Shown here: piece by piece, positions 28,017-37,261 of the stretch
How the letters are laid out: each line of letters begins with the position of its first letter
Position numbering within the stretch: the first letter of the stretch is position 1
Assembly: GCA_024231215.1 (NCBI GenBank)
Contig: JAAEQR010000034.1
Coordinates: 12,668 to 76,667, forward strand
DNA: 64,000 bases
Direction: 5' to 3'
From: PVC group bacterium
GTDB taxonomy: Bacteria > Omnitrophota > Gorgyraeia > B26-G9
Made by a program: the position numbers and the translations under genes
Notes under the pieces: model-generated
Database searches by the model: none
What the model was told of the DNA's origin: nothing
Seen by the model: only the letters and a program-made list of their open reading frames with translations

Positions 28017-28134
28017 TAGCTATTTTAAAAAAATTGCCTTTTTTTAGAAAAAAATTCAATAAGTTAGTCTAGCCTAATTTAGCTAATTATAACACTAATT
28101 AGAAAGTAGTAACACGATTTATCCTACACAATTT

Positions 28135-28605
28135 AAGAAATTACAATAATTACATAATCCAGGATAATTGAATCATTTTAAATAATTACTAAAAATGAAT
28201 AAAATGGCTATAATCGGGATAACAAGCATTTTAAATAATTGATCTATTTTAAGTAATTACAATAAATGAAGTAAGTACAGAAAATGATTATAATAAACAA
28301 TTACTAAAATTAAACTAATTACAGAAAATGAATAAAATACCAGTATCATAATAAACAATTACAATAATTTAAGTAATTACAAAAAATGAACAGAACAACC
28401 ATTTTCCATAATTACAAAAAATGAAATAAATAACCTGGTTTTAATAAATTGAATCATTTTAAATAATTACTAAAAATAGACAAAATAAGCCAATACCATT
28501 TTAAACAATTACTTAAAATGAATAAATGAAAAAACTTACAAAATACTACAAACAATTACAATAAGTACTTAAAATGAATAAAATGAAGTAATTATTAAAA
28601 ATGTT
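28135..28605. repeat. Degenerate AT-rich repeat array (AATTAC, often followed by AAATGAA)
   Basis: About 12 same-orientation AATTAC copies; exact 31-bp repeat at 28166-28196 and 28447-28477. Confidence 0.75.
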
Positions 28606-29035
28606 AAAAAAAGCTATAGAGTAGATATAAACAATCATATAGACCTTGCTATAATATACCCTCATACTGTATATAAGACACGCCATAAGCATATAGAATA
28701 CTCTATACCCATATACTATAGAGTGCTTAATATAATGGCTATAGAAGGGTATATATTAAGCCATATAGAGTGTCATATATAATAATGGCTTAAGAAGGGG
28801 ATATATTAAGGATGTAAGCTGATTGACGGCTTAAGAGTGGTATATAAAGACATATAGCGATATTATAACCGGAACTCAATCCAAAAATTATAATATTGCA
28901 ATAATGCGATATAGTTAACACTATAATCAAGTAGACATAATTACTATTTTGTCTTATTATATAAACTATACATAATCATATATTATGTATAATAAAAGGC
29001 TAAACCATGTCACACACTATATATGGTACTGTTTA

Positions 29036-29157
29036 ACCCCGCGTGTTTTCCCAGGAAATTTTTTAGGGGGTGGTGTTTTCTGGGGGATCCCCCGCTTAAG
29101 CCATCCGAACATAACCATCCGCTTAAGCCATCCGAACATAGCCATCGCTTAAGCCAT
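29036..29157. repeat. GC-rich palindrome plus 27-bp-period direct repeats
   Basis: GGGGGATCCCCC at 29082-29093; CCGCTTAAGCCATCCGAACATA at 29092 and 29119; CGCTTAAGCCAT at 29146. Confidence 0.85.
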
Positions 29158-29165
29158 AAAAACAG

Positions 29166-29202
29166 AAAAAAGTGTTAGTCATCTACCTATACGTGATATA
29201 TA
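29166..29202 (+). promoter_or_regulatory. Phage promoter AAAAAGTGTTAGTCA-N-GTGATATATA
   Basis: Near-identical copy at ~29681-29716. Confidence 0.65.
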
Positions 29203-29220
29203 GGGGTTAGAGAGGTAAAG

Positions 29221-29460
29221 ATGGAAATAAACTCAATTTTTGAAATAGGTTGTAAGATTGCGATAGGAGGTGTGTGGATTTCTATAATTCTTGCACTTTT
29301 GTTTTTTTGGCATTGGTTTTGGGAAAAAGTTACTAATCGCTGGTTCGTCAGAGAAATCAGTGCTTCGGCTGCGTTAGAGGTTTTTGGTACGATTTCCTGC
29401 ACTATTATATCTATTGGTCTGATAATAGCGTTTATTGGTCTTTTAGTGGGGGAAGGTTAA
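29221..29460 (+). CDS. Small membrane protein
   Basis: Two hydrophobic segments, GAGG RBS. Confidence 0.6.
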   Translation: MEINSIFEIGCKIAIGGVWISIILALLFFWHWFWEKVTNRWFVREISASAALEVFGTISCTIISIGLIIAFIGLLVGEG

Positions 29461-29464
29461 AACA

Positions 29465-29692
29465 ATGAAGAGAACGGATGAAAGGTGTAAAGTAGCTTTA
29501 CAATGTATTGTAGATCTGCAATCCATGGGAAGTTACTTCTTATGGGCAAAAATGGCAGCTATTGCAAGATATGCGTTAACCGGGGAAGTTGATGAACTGG
29601 AACCATGGCCTGTGCCTCAAGAAGTGAAAGATAAGATTGATCAGACATGCAGTGATTCCGGTTATACTGGCAAAATAGAGAAAAAGTGTTAG
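29465..29692 (+). CDS. Hypothetical protein
   Basis: Co-oriented ORF. Confidence 0.5.
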   Translation: MKRTDERCKVALQCIVDLQSMGSYFLWAKMAAIARYALTGEVDELEPWPVPQEVKDKIDQTCSDSGYTGKIEKKC

Positions 29693-29735
29693 TCATTCCC
29701 GTTATAGTGATATATAGGGATGATGGGGGCATAAG

Positions 29736-30278
29736 ATGAACACATGGTTTACATCAGATTTACATCTGGGACATGAAAATATAATCGAGTATTGTAAGCG
29801 CCCTTTTAAAGATGGTGAGCATATGGACAAAACTCTTATTAGAAATTGGAATGAAAGAGTTAAAGATGATGATACAGTTTTCCATCTTGGAGATTTTTGT
29901 TTTAAAGGAGGATGGGAAGGTGGGGGGAATAAAGCTCGATATTGGGAAAATCAATTAAATGGTAAGGTTATTCATGTATCTGGAAATCATGATAAAAATA
30001 ATTCTACAAAATCAATTCTTACTCAAGCTATTTTTGAATTCGGTAATAAAAAAATTATAGCTCGGCATGTACCCTTTGAGAATACAAATGAAATTCCCTC
30101 GGAAATAGATTATGCGTTAGTAGGTCATGTACATGAGAAATGGAAACAGAAATGGTTATATGATGAGTTTAACTATAGGCTGAATATTCCAATGATAAAT
30201 GTTGGTGTGGATGTTTGGGACTTTAGACCTATTAAGTTAATAGAGATAATAAAATATTATGAGAGGGTGATAATATGA
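29736..30278 (+). CDS. Calcineurin-like metallophosphoesterase
   Basis: SDLHLGH, HLGDF, GNHD, GHVH, NVGVD. Confidence 0.9.
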   Translation: MNTWFTSDLHLGHENIIEYCKRPFKDGEHMDKTLIRNWNERVKDDDTVFHLGDFCFKGGWEGGGNKARYWENQLNGKVIHVSGNHDKNNSTKSILTQAIFEFGNKKIIARHVPFENTNEIPSEIDYALVGHVHEKWKQKWLYDEFNYRLNIPMINVGVDVWDFRPIKLIEIIKYYERVII

Positions 30279-30667
30279 GAGAAATTAAGTTCAGGGCTTA
30301 TGACAGGGTGAAGGAGAAGTGGATGTGGCCTTATCCGGAGGGATTTCATATCATTGGTGAGGTAACTGTATTCAATATGCTTAACGGGGTGCCGTTAAGG
30401 AATTTTAATGATATTGAGATCTTACAGTTTACCGGATTGTATGATTTTAATGATGTTCCGATATATGAAGGTGATATTCTGATTGCAGATCCCTTGAAGT
30501 ATGCGGATGAGACTACCCCTTACCAGGTTATTTTTGAGGATGGGTGCTTCAGGATGGAATATGCGGAATGGGAAAGAGGTTTAGGGAGGCCTGCGATTAC
30601 GAAGTCCGGTTTACGGATTCTGGATGATGTGGTTATTGGAAATAAATTTGAGGGGTTGAAAAGATGA
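30275..30667 (+). CDS. YopX-family protein
   Basis: MREIKFRAYD...QFTGLYD...IYEGDI...VIGNKFE. Confidence 0.9.
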   Translation: MREIKFRAYDRVKEKWMWPYPEGFHIIGEVTVFNMLNGVPLRNFNDIEILQFTGLYDFNDVPIYEGDILIADPLKYADETTPYQVIFEDGCFRMEYAEWERGLGRPAITKSGLRILDDVVIGNKFEGLKR

Positions 30668-30827
30668 GTATAGATGGGGGAGATGTCAGGATTATAATAA
30701 TATTCCTGCTGTTGATTGTAGTGTTTCTCATAGCATCGGAGACTCTCCGGAGCCAGAAGGAAATAATATGTTCTCTGGAGAGGATAGAGAAGAAGATTGA
30801 ACTTCAGATAAACTATGAGGAGGAGAT

Positions 30828-31025
30828 ATGACAGAATGGGAAAAAGAAATTGAAAAACAGCTTGATGACGAAACAAATATATTCCATCATGAAAGAAAAA
30901 TTCTTTTAAGAATAATTAAACAGGAAATCAAGAAGTTTGGTGACGAACTTGTGGATAAATCTACAAAAAGTGGTTGGCTGGACAGCCTTATAAAGGCTAT
31001 ATATAAAAAAAGAGGTATAAAATGA
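30828..31025 (+). CDS. Hypothetical protein
   Basis: GGAGGAG RBS. Confidence 0.55.
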   Translation: MTEWEKEIEKQLDDETNIFHHERKILLRIIKQEIKKFGDELVDKSTKSGWLDSLIKAIYKKRGIK

Positions 31026-31240
31026 CTATAACGTATACCAAAACTACAGATGGTTCCCGTGTTCGGATTGTTCGGATCAGTTACAATGGTGTGATTTATG
31101 GGGCATGGGATGAGGACGCGAATATCAATTATCCGGAGGATTTAACCCTGGAAAGAGATTTGTCTCTTCTGGTGGAGATCGGGGTTTTAATAGGGAGACA
31201 GATGGAAAGGGATGAACCTTCAAAGATTCTTCCCTTATAA
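31022..31240 (+). CDS. Hypothetical protein
   Basis: Overlaps upstream stop; GAGG RBS. Confidence 0.55.
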   Translation: MTITYTKTTDGSRVRIVRISYNGVIYGAWDEDANINYPEDLTLERDLSLLVEIGVLIGRQMERDEPSKILPL

Positions 31241-31338
31241 AAGAAAACCCCGGAGCACAAGCTTCCGGGGGGCCATGAGACTCTAACGACTCATAGGGAT
31301 GATAAATGTACTATGGTTATAGTAGTACATTCTGTCAA
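31239..31338 (-). ncRNA. Candidate small RNA with own promoter and terminator
   Basis: TTGACA-17-CATAGT; two hairpins, the last a GC-rich stem followed by TTTTCTTTT. Confidence 0.4.
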
Positions 31339-32204
31339 TAATTTTTTGGTCATTTTTTAAAAAATGTTAAATATAATTTTCAAGGATGTTAAATATGAAA
31401 AAAATAAGTAAACTTTTTAAGAGATTTATTTTTAGTTCTTTTCTTAAATTCTTTCGGAATTGTTGTGTGCTTTGTGTTGTTGCTTCGTTCTTAGAAGGCG
31501 CGTTTTTAGGGGCTTCTAATCTGAATTTTATCTTCGGGGTAGGGCTTGCGGGATTTATGGTAACCACCACTTTGTACGGGGAGTATTTTGCAGCGCATAT
31601 AGAGGAGTATTCCTGTGATAGATAGGTGGGATATTTTATAGTAGGTATATATACCTACTATAAAGAGAAAATGACACAGTACAAAAAAGTGTTGAATCTT
31701 TTTTTTACGCCTGTATACTTGCAAAAACGCTTGCAAGGGGATGATTATGGCGAATTCGGGGATAAAGACGATTGAAGAGAGGTTTCTTGAAGAGAAAGAG
31801 AAGAAAAAGTCGGAAGGGTGTATAGCAGATGACGCCCAGGGATGTTTGATTTGCGGTTGTCCCACTTATACAAACATTAAAGTGTGTGCGCCCTGCTTTC
31901 AACGCTACAGAGATATATTTATGTAAGGAGAAGATAATGAGGATAACACCGTTAGAAATTGAAATTGAACGAGGATCTTTTGGCAGGACTCTTTTTATTA
32001 TTTTGTTAAATATCGATCTTGATCATAGTAATTCAAGTTTATTAGAGATTGGGATTTATCAAGGGGGATTTCGTTTTGAGATATTCTTCTGGAGATACAT
32101 CCGGTATACCCTGATAGAAAGATTTTTAGACAGATTAGGCGAATAAAAAGAAAAAAGCTTCCTCAAAACTATATCCGTGATATATATAAAGAGAAGGGAC
32201 AATT

Positions 32205-32546
32205 ATGGGAACGATTACGAGAACCAGAGAAAGAAATTTTATAAAAGAAAGCGCTTTAGCCCACTATGACGGAATGATTGCCTGGGCGAAAAGCCAACGG
32301 CGGTTTAATGAACCGGATAAACACACCATGTATTATCATTTACATGAATGTTGGTTTTCAGAAGATTGTGATTATTGTACTACATATAGTGTCGAAGACT
32401 TTGATGACGGTTGTTATAAATGTCCTTTAAGTAAAAACCGTGAGTGTTGTGGTGGTCTATGGTATGAAATGAATGATACAATGTTTTGGTGGACATGGAT
32501 AAGAAAGGCGAAAAAAGTAAAACAATATATAGCGGATAATGGTTAA
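32205..32546 (+). CDS. Cys-rich hypothetical protein
   Basis: CDYC..CYKCPL..CC; preceded by CGTGATATATA motif. Confidence 0.65.
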   Translation: MGTITRTRERNFIKESALAHYDGMIAWAKSQRRFNEPDKHTMYYHLHECWFSEDCDYCTTYSVEDFDDGCYKCPLSKNRECCGGLWYEMNDTMFWWTWIRKAKKVKQYIADNG

Positions 32547-32553
32547 AAGATCA

Positions 32554-32675
32554 AAATTATGAGGTGGCGGTAGCAGTCCGTCTTAAATGACCGAAAGCGT
32601 AATTGCTTATAGTGAGGCTTGCGTGGAACGAAATGAAAGCGCGATGTCCAATATTGATGCTCAGCCTCATGATTT
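32554..32675 (+). ncRNA. Candidate structured intergenic RNA
   Basis: 11-bp closing stem aaattatgagg/cctcatgattt enclosing several small hairpins. Confidence 0.35.
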
Positions 32676-32686
32676 AGGAGAACGAA

Positions 32687-32923
32687 ATGATATTAACAAA
32701 AACTTATAACATGGAAATCGGGAGTGAGGATGTGGACGTTTTCACTTTAGAGAGCCAGGCTGGAAAAATGCACGGCTGCCTGTTTGATATAGAATCGATG
32801 TTCAGCGACAAGCTGAAAGGACATCCTCTCACTTTTATCGAAAAGTACCTATTGGAAGAATTACAGAAAGAGTTTTATGAGATACTGCAAGAACGTAAAT
32901 TTGATCTGTTCTGCGTTTCTTAA
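32687..32923 (+). CDS. Hypothetical protein
   Basis: AGGAG RBS. Confidence 0.55.
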   Translation: MILTKTYNMEIGSEDVDVFTLESQAGKMHGCLFDIESMFSDKLKGHPLTFIEKYLLEELQKEFYEILQERKFDLFCVS

Positions 32924-33513
32924 TCTCGGGAGATAATATGAGAGTTGTCTTAAGAATGGTTTTGTATGGAGCAATAATCGGGACAACCATACTGATGTAT
33001 ATAGCATGGGAAATATCGAGGTTTTAATATGGATGTACAAGCTGAAAAATTAACCAGAAAATGTGAACTACAGACTTGTAAAGGAACAATGACAGGGGTG
33101 AGGTATAAGAAAGGAGTTCTGTGGAAATGTGATGTCTGCACCGCAAGGCTTTTTGACCCTGAAGAATCGGAAGATGGAGAAAATAATGAATAGAGGGAAA
33201 CGCGCATTGGCAGATCCGCTGAAAGGAAAAGTCTGCCAGAGGTGCAGAGTAGATCTTACACCGGAAAACACATATCTTAACCCGGATGGTTATCCTTATC
33301 ATATATGGTGTAAGGATTGTAACACTCCGGAAACGATTATCCGCAAGTGGACTAGCAGGGGAGAACTTGCTACAAACATCAGGCTGAAACAGTTAGAGAA
33401 GGAAATTTCTTACTTAAAAGAGGCTTTGGAAAGAACGAAAAAATAATAAAAAAAGTGTTTGACAAAATAATTTGATATTATAAATTAAATATACATATAA
33501 AGGAGCAACATAG

Positions 33514-34512
33514 ATGCCAAAGATACTAATGCTTGATCCTAACCCTAAATCTGCAGTTTCTTTTTATCGCAGTATCGGGACTTTTTCATATCTTCACAGG
33601 TTAGACCCAAATGTTCATTACGAACTGCTTTCCGTTTACAACTGGAATACATGGATGGGCGCAGATATTCTGTATGTGCAGAGGCCATACGCTGACGATC
33701 ATCTTGGAGCGATAGTTGAAGCACAAAAATGTAATGTAAAAGTGTGGGTTGACACAGATGATTTACTTCATGAAATCCCGAATTACAATCCTAACCACAG
33801 AACTTTTAACAATCCTAAAGAAAAATTCCTGGATAATTTCTTAAACTCAGTAAAAAGAGCGGATGTTGTTACTGTTACAACTGAAGTTTTAAAGGATTAT
33901 TATTCTGAGTACAATGAGAATGTTCAGATAGTGGAAAACGCTCACAATGATTATGCTTTCCCTTTTATGAAACTTATCGGGGATTCAGCAAAGGCAATAA
34001 ACTGGAGAGGGAGCAACACTCACCGGATGGACGTTCTATCGGTTGCTCAACAGATAGTGAATGTCCGTGAAAAGCATAAAGACTGGAAATGGATTTTTGT
34101 CGGAAACGATTTATGGTATATAACAGAACTTCTCAAAGGGAACGCCATAGAGATTCCCGAAAAACCTATTCTGACATTCTTTGAACTCCTCAGAACCGTC
34201 GGCAGTTCTATACAGGTTGTCCCTCTCGTTGATAATAATTTTAATCGTGCTAAATCCTCTATATCCTGGATAGAGGCTACTTATGGGGGAATGACTACGG
34301 TTGCTCCGAACTTCCCAGAGTTTAATAAGCCGGGCTGTTTGTGTTATGAAGGAGAAGAACAGTTTGAATATTATCTTGAGAAATGTATTAAATCTAAAGC
34401 TTTTCGTCAGGAAAATTATGAGAAATCCTTTAAGTATATAAAGGAAAACTTACTGTTAAGTCAGGTTAACCGGAAAAGGATGGATATCATAAACGAGTTG
34501 AGGAATAAATGA
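33514..34512 (+). CDS. GT-B fold glycosyltransferase
   Basis: FYRS, QRP, DTDD, ADVVTVTTEVL, WRGSNTH, FNRAKS...E; upstream TTGACA promoter at ~33459. Confidence 0.8.
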   Translation: MPKILMLDPNPKSAVSFYRSIGTFSYLHRLDPNVHYELLSVYNWNTWMGADILYVQRPYADDHLGAIVEAQKCNVKVWVDTDDLLHEIPNYNPNHRTFNNPKEKFLDNFLNSVKRADVVTVTTEVLKDYYSEYNENVQIVENAHNDYAFPFMKLIGDSAKAINWRGSNTHRMDVLSVAQQIVNVREKHKDWKWIFVGNDLWYITELLKGNAIEIPEKPILTFFELLRTVGSSIQVVPLVDNNFNRAKSSISWIEATYGGMTTVAPNFPEFNKPGCLCYEGEEQFEYYLEKCIKSKAFRQENYEKSFKYIKENLLLSQVNRKRMDIINELRNK

Positions 34513-35027
34513 TAGTTGCAGATTATATAGTCAAGTATCTTGAAGATTATGGAGTAAAACACTGCTTCTCCGTTGTCGGTGGAGGGAGCATGTGGTTGAA
34601 CAACTCTTTCGGAAAATCAAAGAAAATTAAAACTGTATATATGCACCATGAACAGGCTTGCGCGATTGCCGCAGAGGGATATTCCCGAGTGAATAATGAT
34701 TTGTCTGTGGTTTGTGTCACCACTGGCCCCGGAGGATTAAACTGTCTTACAGGGGTAATGGGGCAATGGACGGATTCTGTCCCTGTCCTGTATATTTCAG
34801 GACAGGTTGATTCAAGAACAATCAAAACAAGTAATCTTCGTCAGTTGGGGGATCAGGAAGTTGATATAATTAGTGCGGTTAAACCAATAACCAAATTCTC
34901 TCTTTTATTAAGGGATAGTATTGATTTGTATTTTTGGTTGCGTATTATGATTAACACGGCGATGGCGCATAGGAGAGGGCCAGTGTGGATTGATATCCCC
35001 TGGGATGTTCAAAAAGAAAAGGTATAA
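34509..35027 (+). CDS. ThDP-dependent enzyme (ALS/YerE-like), N-terminal PYR domain as a separate gene
   Basis: HHEQACAIAAEGYSR, VTTGPGG, ISGQV, GPVWIDIP. Confidence 0.9.
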   Translation: MIVADYIVKYLEDYGVKHCFSVVGGGSMWLNNSFGKSKKIKTVYMHHEQACAIAAEGYSRVNNDLSVVCVTTGPGGLNCLTGVMGQWTDSVPVLYISGQVDSRTIKTSNLRQLGDQEVDIISAVKPITKFSLLLRDSIDLYFWLRIMINTAMAHRRGPVWIDIPWDVQKEKV

Positions 35028-35452
35028 TGAATATAGAAAGATATGAGAACCCACTGATAATAGCTGGTCACGGAATACGCTTATCTGGCGCGATAGATTT
35101 ATTCCACGAATTGTTAGACAAGTTAAATATCCCCGTAGTTACAACCTTTAATGGATTTGATATAGTAGCTTCTGATCATCCGAATTTTGCAGGAAGAATA
35201 GGAACCATGGGTACTCCCGAAGGGAATAAGATATTAAGGGAAGCGGATCTGGTTTTGTGTATAGGGACTCGGAACAATGTCAGGCAAATAGGTTATAAGA
35301 AAGAGGCCTTCGCCAAGAGTGCAAGAAAAGTGGTTCTTGTGGATGTGGATGAAGATGAATTATATAAAACTGGCGTTGGTTTAAAAGTGAGAAGGTTCTG
35401 TTGCATGGATGCGAAACAATTTATTCAGGAGTGTTTGGATTACGATGATTGA
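35027..35452 (+). CDS. ThDP-dependent enzyme, central domain as a separate gene
   Basis: PLIIAGHGIRLSG, IPVVTT, ADLVLCIGTR, VDVDEDEL. Confidence 0.85.
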   Translation: MNIERYENPLIIAGHGIRLSGAIDLFHELLDKLNIPVVTTFNGFDIVASDHPNFAGRIGTMGTPEGNKILREADLVLCIGTRNNVRQIGYKKEAFAKSARKVVLVDVDEDELYKTGVGLKVRRFCCMDAKQFIQECLDYDD

Positions 35453-35999
35453 TCCATATAATTTTATAAAAGTATTAACAAAAAATTTACCGGAAGACGC
35501 TATAGTGGTTTGCGCTAATGGAACCCCATGCGTTACAATGTTTCAAGAAGGTGTTGTCAAGAAGGGGCAGAGGATCTTCTGGAACTCCGGATGTGCTGCC
35601 ATGGGTTATGCCCTTCCTGCTGCGATAGGGGCTCATTATGCAAGTGGCAAAGAAGTAATCTGCATAGAGGGTGACGGGAGTTTGATGTTTAATTTACAGG
35701 AACTTCAGACAATAGACCACCATGAGCTCCCGATTAAATTGTTCGTATTTAACAATGGTGGTTATCACTCAATAAAGGAAACTCAGGATGTTTTTTTTAA
35801 AGGCGATTATCATGGCAGTGCCTTGGGAGATGTTAGTTTTCCGGATTGGGAAGAAGTCGCGGAAACATTCAACTTCCCATATTTTGTTATGGATGGGGAC
35901 GATAGAGGTGTGATTGCTCACTTCCCTTTTAATAAGTTTAAAAATGTTTTTATTGAAGTTAAATTAGGTGAATATAAATTTAGGAGGCAGGAATTATGA
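35445..35999 (+). CDS. ThDP-dependent enzyme, C-terminal PP domain as a separate gene
   Basis: MGYALPAAIG, GDGS...NN ThDP motif; likely start MIDPY at 35445. Confidence 0.9.
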   Translation: MIDPYNFIKVLTKNLPEDAIVVCANGTPCVTMFQEGVVKKGQRIFWNSGCAAMGYALPAAIGAHYASGKEVICIEGDGSLMFNLQELQTIDHHELPIKLFVFNNGGYHSIKETQDVFFKGDYHGSALGDVSFPDWEEVAETFNFPYFVMDGDDRGVIAHFPFNKFKNVFIEVKLGEYKFRRQEL

Positions 36000-36463
36000 A
36001 TGGTTATCAAGAGCCTTGTCCTAAATGCGGGACACTTTCTTCCGGCTGTTCGGTCTTCACGAACGGGGCGATTTCTCAAGACTTTTGTAAATGTCCTGAA
36101 TGCGGTATTGCTTTCCCAAAAAAGGGTTCAACGGCAAAAGTTGAAATAATTGATGATGAAGAATTCTTTTCGGTACCCAAACCAGAAAAATTCTCATTAA
36201 AAGAAATATGTATTTGCGCAGCAGTAAAAGCAGTTGATGGAACCATTATTCGTGGACACAGGCACAGGGATTGTAGAGATGGGATAATAAGGAGAGGGAA
36301 AGAACCCATGAAAGAATGGGCTGGAGATGGTTTTATCACTTCTTACGGGAGGTTCGTTGACAGGATAGAGGGTTACGAGTTGATGAAATCTATCGACTGG
36401 GAATCTGTTAATCCGGAAGGGTATCAGAAGTGTGAGTGGTTATTCTCGGAAGATTTATATTAA
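35996..36463 (+). CDS. Phage hypothetical protein with Zn ribbon
   Basis: CPKC..CPEC; CAAV..GHRHRDC..GFITSYGRFVDR. Confidence 0.6.
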   Translation: MNGYQEPCPKCGTLSSGCSVFTNGAISQDFCKCPECGIAFPKKGSTAKVEIIDDEEFFSVPKPEKFSLKEICICAAVKAVDGTIIRGHRHRDCRDGIIRRGKEPMKEWAGDGFITSYGRFVDRIEGYELMKSIDWESVNPEGYQKCEWLFSEDLY

Positions 36464-36478
36464 AAGAGAGGTATAATT

Positions 36479-37261
36479 ATGAATAAGTTAGAATACGAAA
36501 TGATTGAAACTCTTAAGCGCTTGAAGAATGATTATGGGTGTATACAGATTAAGGCTGAGTTCGAGAACGAGGGAAGTCGTCAGGTAGAACTTTGTCGGCT
36601 TAAAGATGTAATAAGCAAAGTAGACATACCGTTAATTCTTAAGATTGGCGGTGTAGAAGCAGTAACAGATATATACGAGGCCTTGACGATAGGGGCGAAG
36701 GGGATAGTTGCTCCCATGGCCGAAACTGCTTACGCGCTTTCTAAATTTATTGATGCTGTGGAAAAATTCGTTCCGAAGGATAATCGGGAAGATGTTGAAT
36801 TTGCCGTGAACATTGAGACTATTACAGCGTATGAAAATTTTGAAAAAATGCTTAAATTAAAGAACATTGATGTTCTCCAAAGCGTGACAGTCGGGCGGGT
36901 GGATTTTACAGGTTCACTCGGGGAAGATAGAAATTATGTTGATACAGTAACAATGCGTGAACTTTGCAAAAATATCTTTTCTAAAGCTAAGGCTAAAAAT
37001 TTACGAACAGCTTTGGGCGGGGCTATTTCTTCTGCGTCAGAAACTTTCCTGGAAACTTTAACTGAAGAAAATTTATTGAACAAATACGAAACTCGGAAAA
37101 TTGTATATGATATCGAAGGGTTAAAAACCTATAAGGAAGGTTTAGAGGAAGGAATAAAATTTGAACTTCAGTGGTTGAAAAGTAAAGAGAGATATTATCA
37201 TCTGATAGCAATTGAAGACGAAAAAAGAATAAAAATGTTGGAGGAGAGAGTCAATGGGTGA
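36479..37261 (+). CDS. HpcH/HpaI aldolase / citrate lyase beta-like protein
   Basis: KAEFENEG, KIGGVEA, APMAET, NIET, GRVDF. Confidence 0.8.
   Translation: MNKLEYEMIETLKRLKNDYGCIQIKAEFENEGSRQVELCRLKDVISKVDIPLILKIGGVEAVTDIYEALTIGAKGIVAPMAETAYALSKFIDAVEKFVPKDNREDVEFAVNIETITAYENFEKMLKLKNIDVLQSVTVGRVDFTGSLGEDRNYVDTVTMRELCKNIFSKAKAKNLRTALGGAISSASETFLETLTEENLLNKYETRKIVYDIEGLKTYKEGLEEGIKFELQWLKSKERYYHLIAIEDEKRIKMLEERVNG

Noticed and set aside
28135-28605. CRISPR array
   Set aside because: Repeats are short, degenerate and irregularly spaced, with no constant repeat plus unique spacer pattern; no cas genes in the window.
34509-35999. Pseudogene of acetolactate synthase (ilvB)
   Set aside because: Breaks fall at domain boundaries with coupled stop/start codons and intact catalytic motifs; the context is sugar biosynthesis.
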